Source of the DNA: Fimbriosthenelais zetlandica | Lineage: Eukaryota | Length of the DNA: 64,000 bases | Assembly (NCBI GenBank): GCA_977030845.1 | Contig: OZ365115.1 | Location: 10,106,001 to 10,170,000, forward strand | Direction: 5' to 3' | Program-made: the position numbers and the translations under genes | Notes under the pieces: generated by a model | What the model was told of the DNA's origin: nothing | The model's input: only the letters and a program-made list of their open reading frames with translations | The model's database searches: none | Shown: positions 61,501-64,000 of the stretch, one piece after another | Layout: every line of letters begins with the position of its first letter | Numbering within the stretch: position 1 is the first letter of the stretch

Positions 61501-64000
61501 TGAGCTAAATATAAACCAAATTTCTAAGCATGTATGACTTCTACCTTTTGACTTACAATGGTTATGTCAATCTGATACAACATGCTTCAAGATGTTCAGA
61601 TGATGTTCATACCTGTGTACACCTTCAAAATGGAGGGATGAAGGCGTACACTATGATTCGTCAGTGTGGAGCCGCCCCCACTGTGAGATGGACTATAACC
61701 TGTATGATCATCATTAATCACCTCATTATCGCCCATCACCTCCCACCATTCCCTATTATCATCTTCCCACCCCCTCTCCCCAGGATCCCATTGTCTGTGG
61801 CGCCATGCAGCGGGCATGCCCACAAACCGGGGACTGAGGCAGAGTCTAGGAGGAGACGTGATATCGTAATTCACCTCTTATTTCATGTGACAACTGGTTG
61901 TAAAAAGACAAGTACTGTAATTTGGGAACGACAAAAATTAAATGATGACGCTTGTTTAGATGGAAGAGGAGAAATTTTGTGAGTTGTTGGCCAGATTTAC
62001 ATGTATGATGCTGTGGGTGTCTGGATGGATGCGCGGATGAGGTGGGTGGTTGGGCATGGATGCCCACATGGGTGGATGGATGTGTCGATGGCGGAAAAAA
62101 TAACATTTGGATGATCATAGGGATCAATGGATTGATGGGAGGGAACAGAAAGAGAAGTGATTTAATCAAACATATTGATATGCCTATAATCCCACATTAT
62201 ATTTTTGATTTGTATGTCTGTATACATATACCCTCACACTTTATAAACTCTGTCAATGAGATTAATTGTTGAAATTAAACGAAGGGTCTAATTGATCGTC
62301 ATTATAAAGCTATCAGGAAGTCATGTATAGTTGCTCAAACACAATTGGAAGAAAACTAGCCTCAGTCATGGGTGGTCGTGGTTAAAGCAGCTAAAGGCTG
62401 TAAATATACTGCTTTTTGTGACCTTCTTTGTCCTTAGCACAAAGAATTGCATGCTCGATATTTCCCCACACGTTCAAAGCCCCTCATTAAGTGTTGGATC
62501 TATGGGCGTGCTGATGAAAGGATCCAAGGAGTAAAAAGCATCTTTTTTGTGCACCTTTTCTCTGGCGTTCACTGAATGGAGTTGTATAGGGGAAATCTCC
62601 AAGTTCAGTTGAATTGAATTATACGTTAAAGATTATTGCTTTAAAGTAAATAATGACATGGCGAGAACAAGGGCAATGTTTGATTGATGGATTGAGGAAA
62701 CTTGGGAACTTTTGGAAACGGAATTAATGCAATTTTAATCTGTAATGTTTGGATTGTTATTTAGTAATAATGGTAATTGTCTGTGATTTGTTCATCTTTG
62801 TTTAGTGGCCAGGATCTCGTACTTTGAGCACACATCATTCCTACCTCATCCTCTCATGTATTATGAGTGCATTCAGGGTTCACGCGAGGCTTGAGTATAA
62901 TAAAGTCACTCTCGGTCAGTTTAGTAATATGTTTACTGGACTCTTTATGTCCGCCTTTACCCACAACAAACAAACGTGCAACTTTGATATAGAGGGCACG
63001 TGGGTGGACCACAGAGACGGGGGAGGGTGTATAGATCTGCTATAGGAAATAATAATCCCCAAGACTATGGTTTGAGTATTACAATTATGATAGACTCTGA
63101 GAAACCGGTCCGAGAGAGGTGCATGACGAATGTTCATTAACTGTTTGACCACATGTAAATGTATTAGTTAGGCTTGTCATAAAATCTGCTGCAATTTGCA
63201 GGTATGGGGTTCACTTCTTCCCTGGCCCCTCACATTCCATGCATTCTTCCACCATTTCGTGACCACTAATCAAGTCATGCCTGTTCTGACAGGCCCGGAT
63301 TTGGTGCTATATATGGGCCCCTTTAAGAGTCCGAGATATTGAGCTATTTGTTTCATTGCCTTGTGGCCGACAAACTTTTTGCCGAGAATATACATGTGTT
63401 GGATTGCAACTGTCTGTTTTCTGTTAAAGGGGCCAACATTTATTAAACATCAAGCACAAACAAGGTATCTGATCACTCTAATGTCTATAGATATTACTTA
63501 TTAGATGGGTAAAAATCCGTCCAATGTAATACCACCTTGGTGGGCCACCATGTTGGGGTTATAGCATGCAGCGAGGGGCTGTAAAGTATGTATTTAGACT
63601 GTCTGCCATGCTTCCCTTCTCTACCAAGTGACCCCATGTCCTAATTGCAGAGATCACCTTGTTTACATGGACTAATTCTGTCCCCAAAACCAGCCCTGCT
63701 AGATGTGTATCACAAAATACAGCCATCAAGGTGCCCTCTGTGTTGTCGAGAGATTTATGGATCTGAAGGCTTTGAGTTGGTTCTTAATTGCTGAAATTTT
63801 TCAATGTGTACTTGCACAGTGCCTTACTGGATTACTCTGAACATTGTCTCACGAAAACTTTCTCAGTTCTTCTGGAACTATGTTCGAAATGACATTAAAC
63901 ATACATTGTAGGTTCAAGGCTTTCTTCGAAGACGTTGATCTGCTGAATGGCGGATCAATGTTCACGAAATAATTTGTTTAGACAGAGTCCCGTAGAACCT

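Noticed and set aside
61530-61982. 150-aa plus-strand ORF and overlapping minus-strand ORFs
   Set aside because: They have low-complexity composition and no domain, and I found no consistent splice support.
63312-63438. Imperfect 18-bp inverted repeat (GGCCCCTTTAA / TTAAAGGGGCC core)
   Set aside because: The orientation is opposite to a TTAA-flanked Kolobok/T2-type element, with no TSD and no other copy seen.

Overview
Intron-rich, AT-rich animal genomic DNA, probably from an invertebrate bilaterian (inference from gene structure and motifs). There are no prokaryotic features. (1) 1-3925, minus strand: the 5' part of a NACHT/WD40 (NWD1/NWD2-type STAND NTPase) gene. I reconstructed seven coding exons by hand, about 1000 aa in-window; the frame runs off the left edge. 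One intron is probably GC-AG, and two RFX X-box motifs lie at the 5' end. (2) 5589-6191, minus strand: a single-coding-exon 200-aa protein with two TM helices and a very acidic tail; I do not recognise the family. (3) 7540-10235, plus strand: a tandem array of 17 tRNA-Gly(UCC) units with a ~161-bp period. Eleven copies are identical, five carry single changes and one edge copy is degenerate; the spacers show higher-order duplication. (4) ~10.3-55 kb: no recognisable coding or transposon ORF, but several perfect regulatory motifs (nuclear-receptor DR2/DR5, CTCF, E-box/CRE, ETS), G-rich tracts and small duplications. (5) 55452-55527, plus strand: a signal-peptide-encoding first coding exon of an unidentified secreted or membrane protein whose remaining exons I cannot place with confidence. 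All motif and exon calls outside the NWD gene, the 2-TM ORF and the tRNAs are sequence-pattern inferences only.
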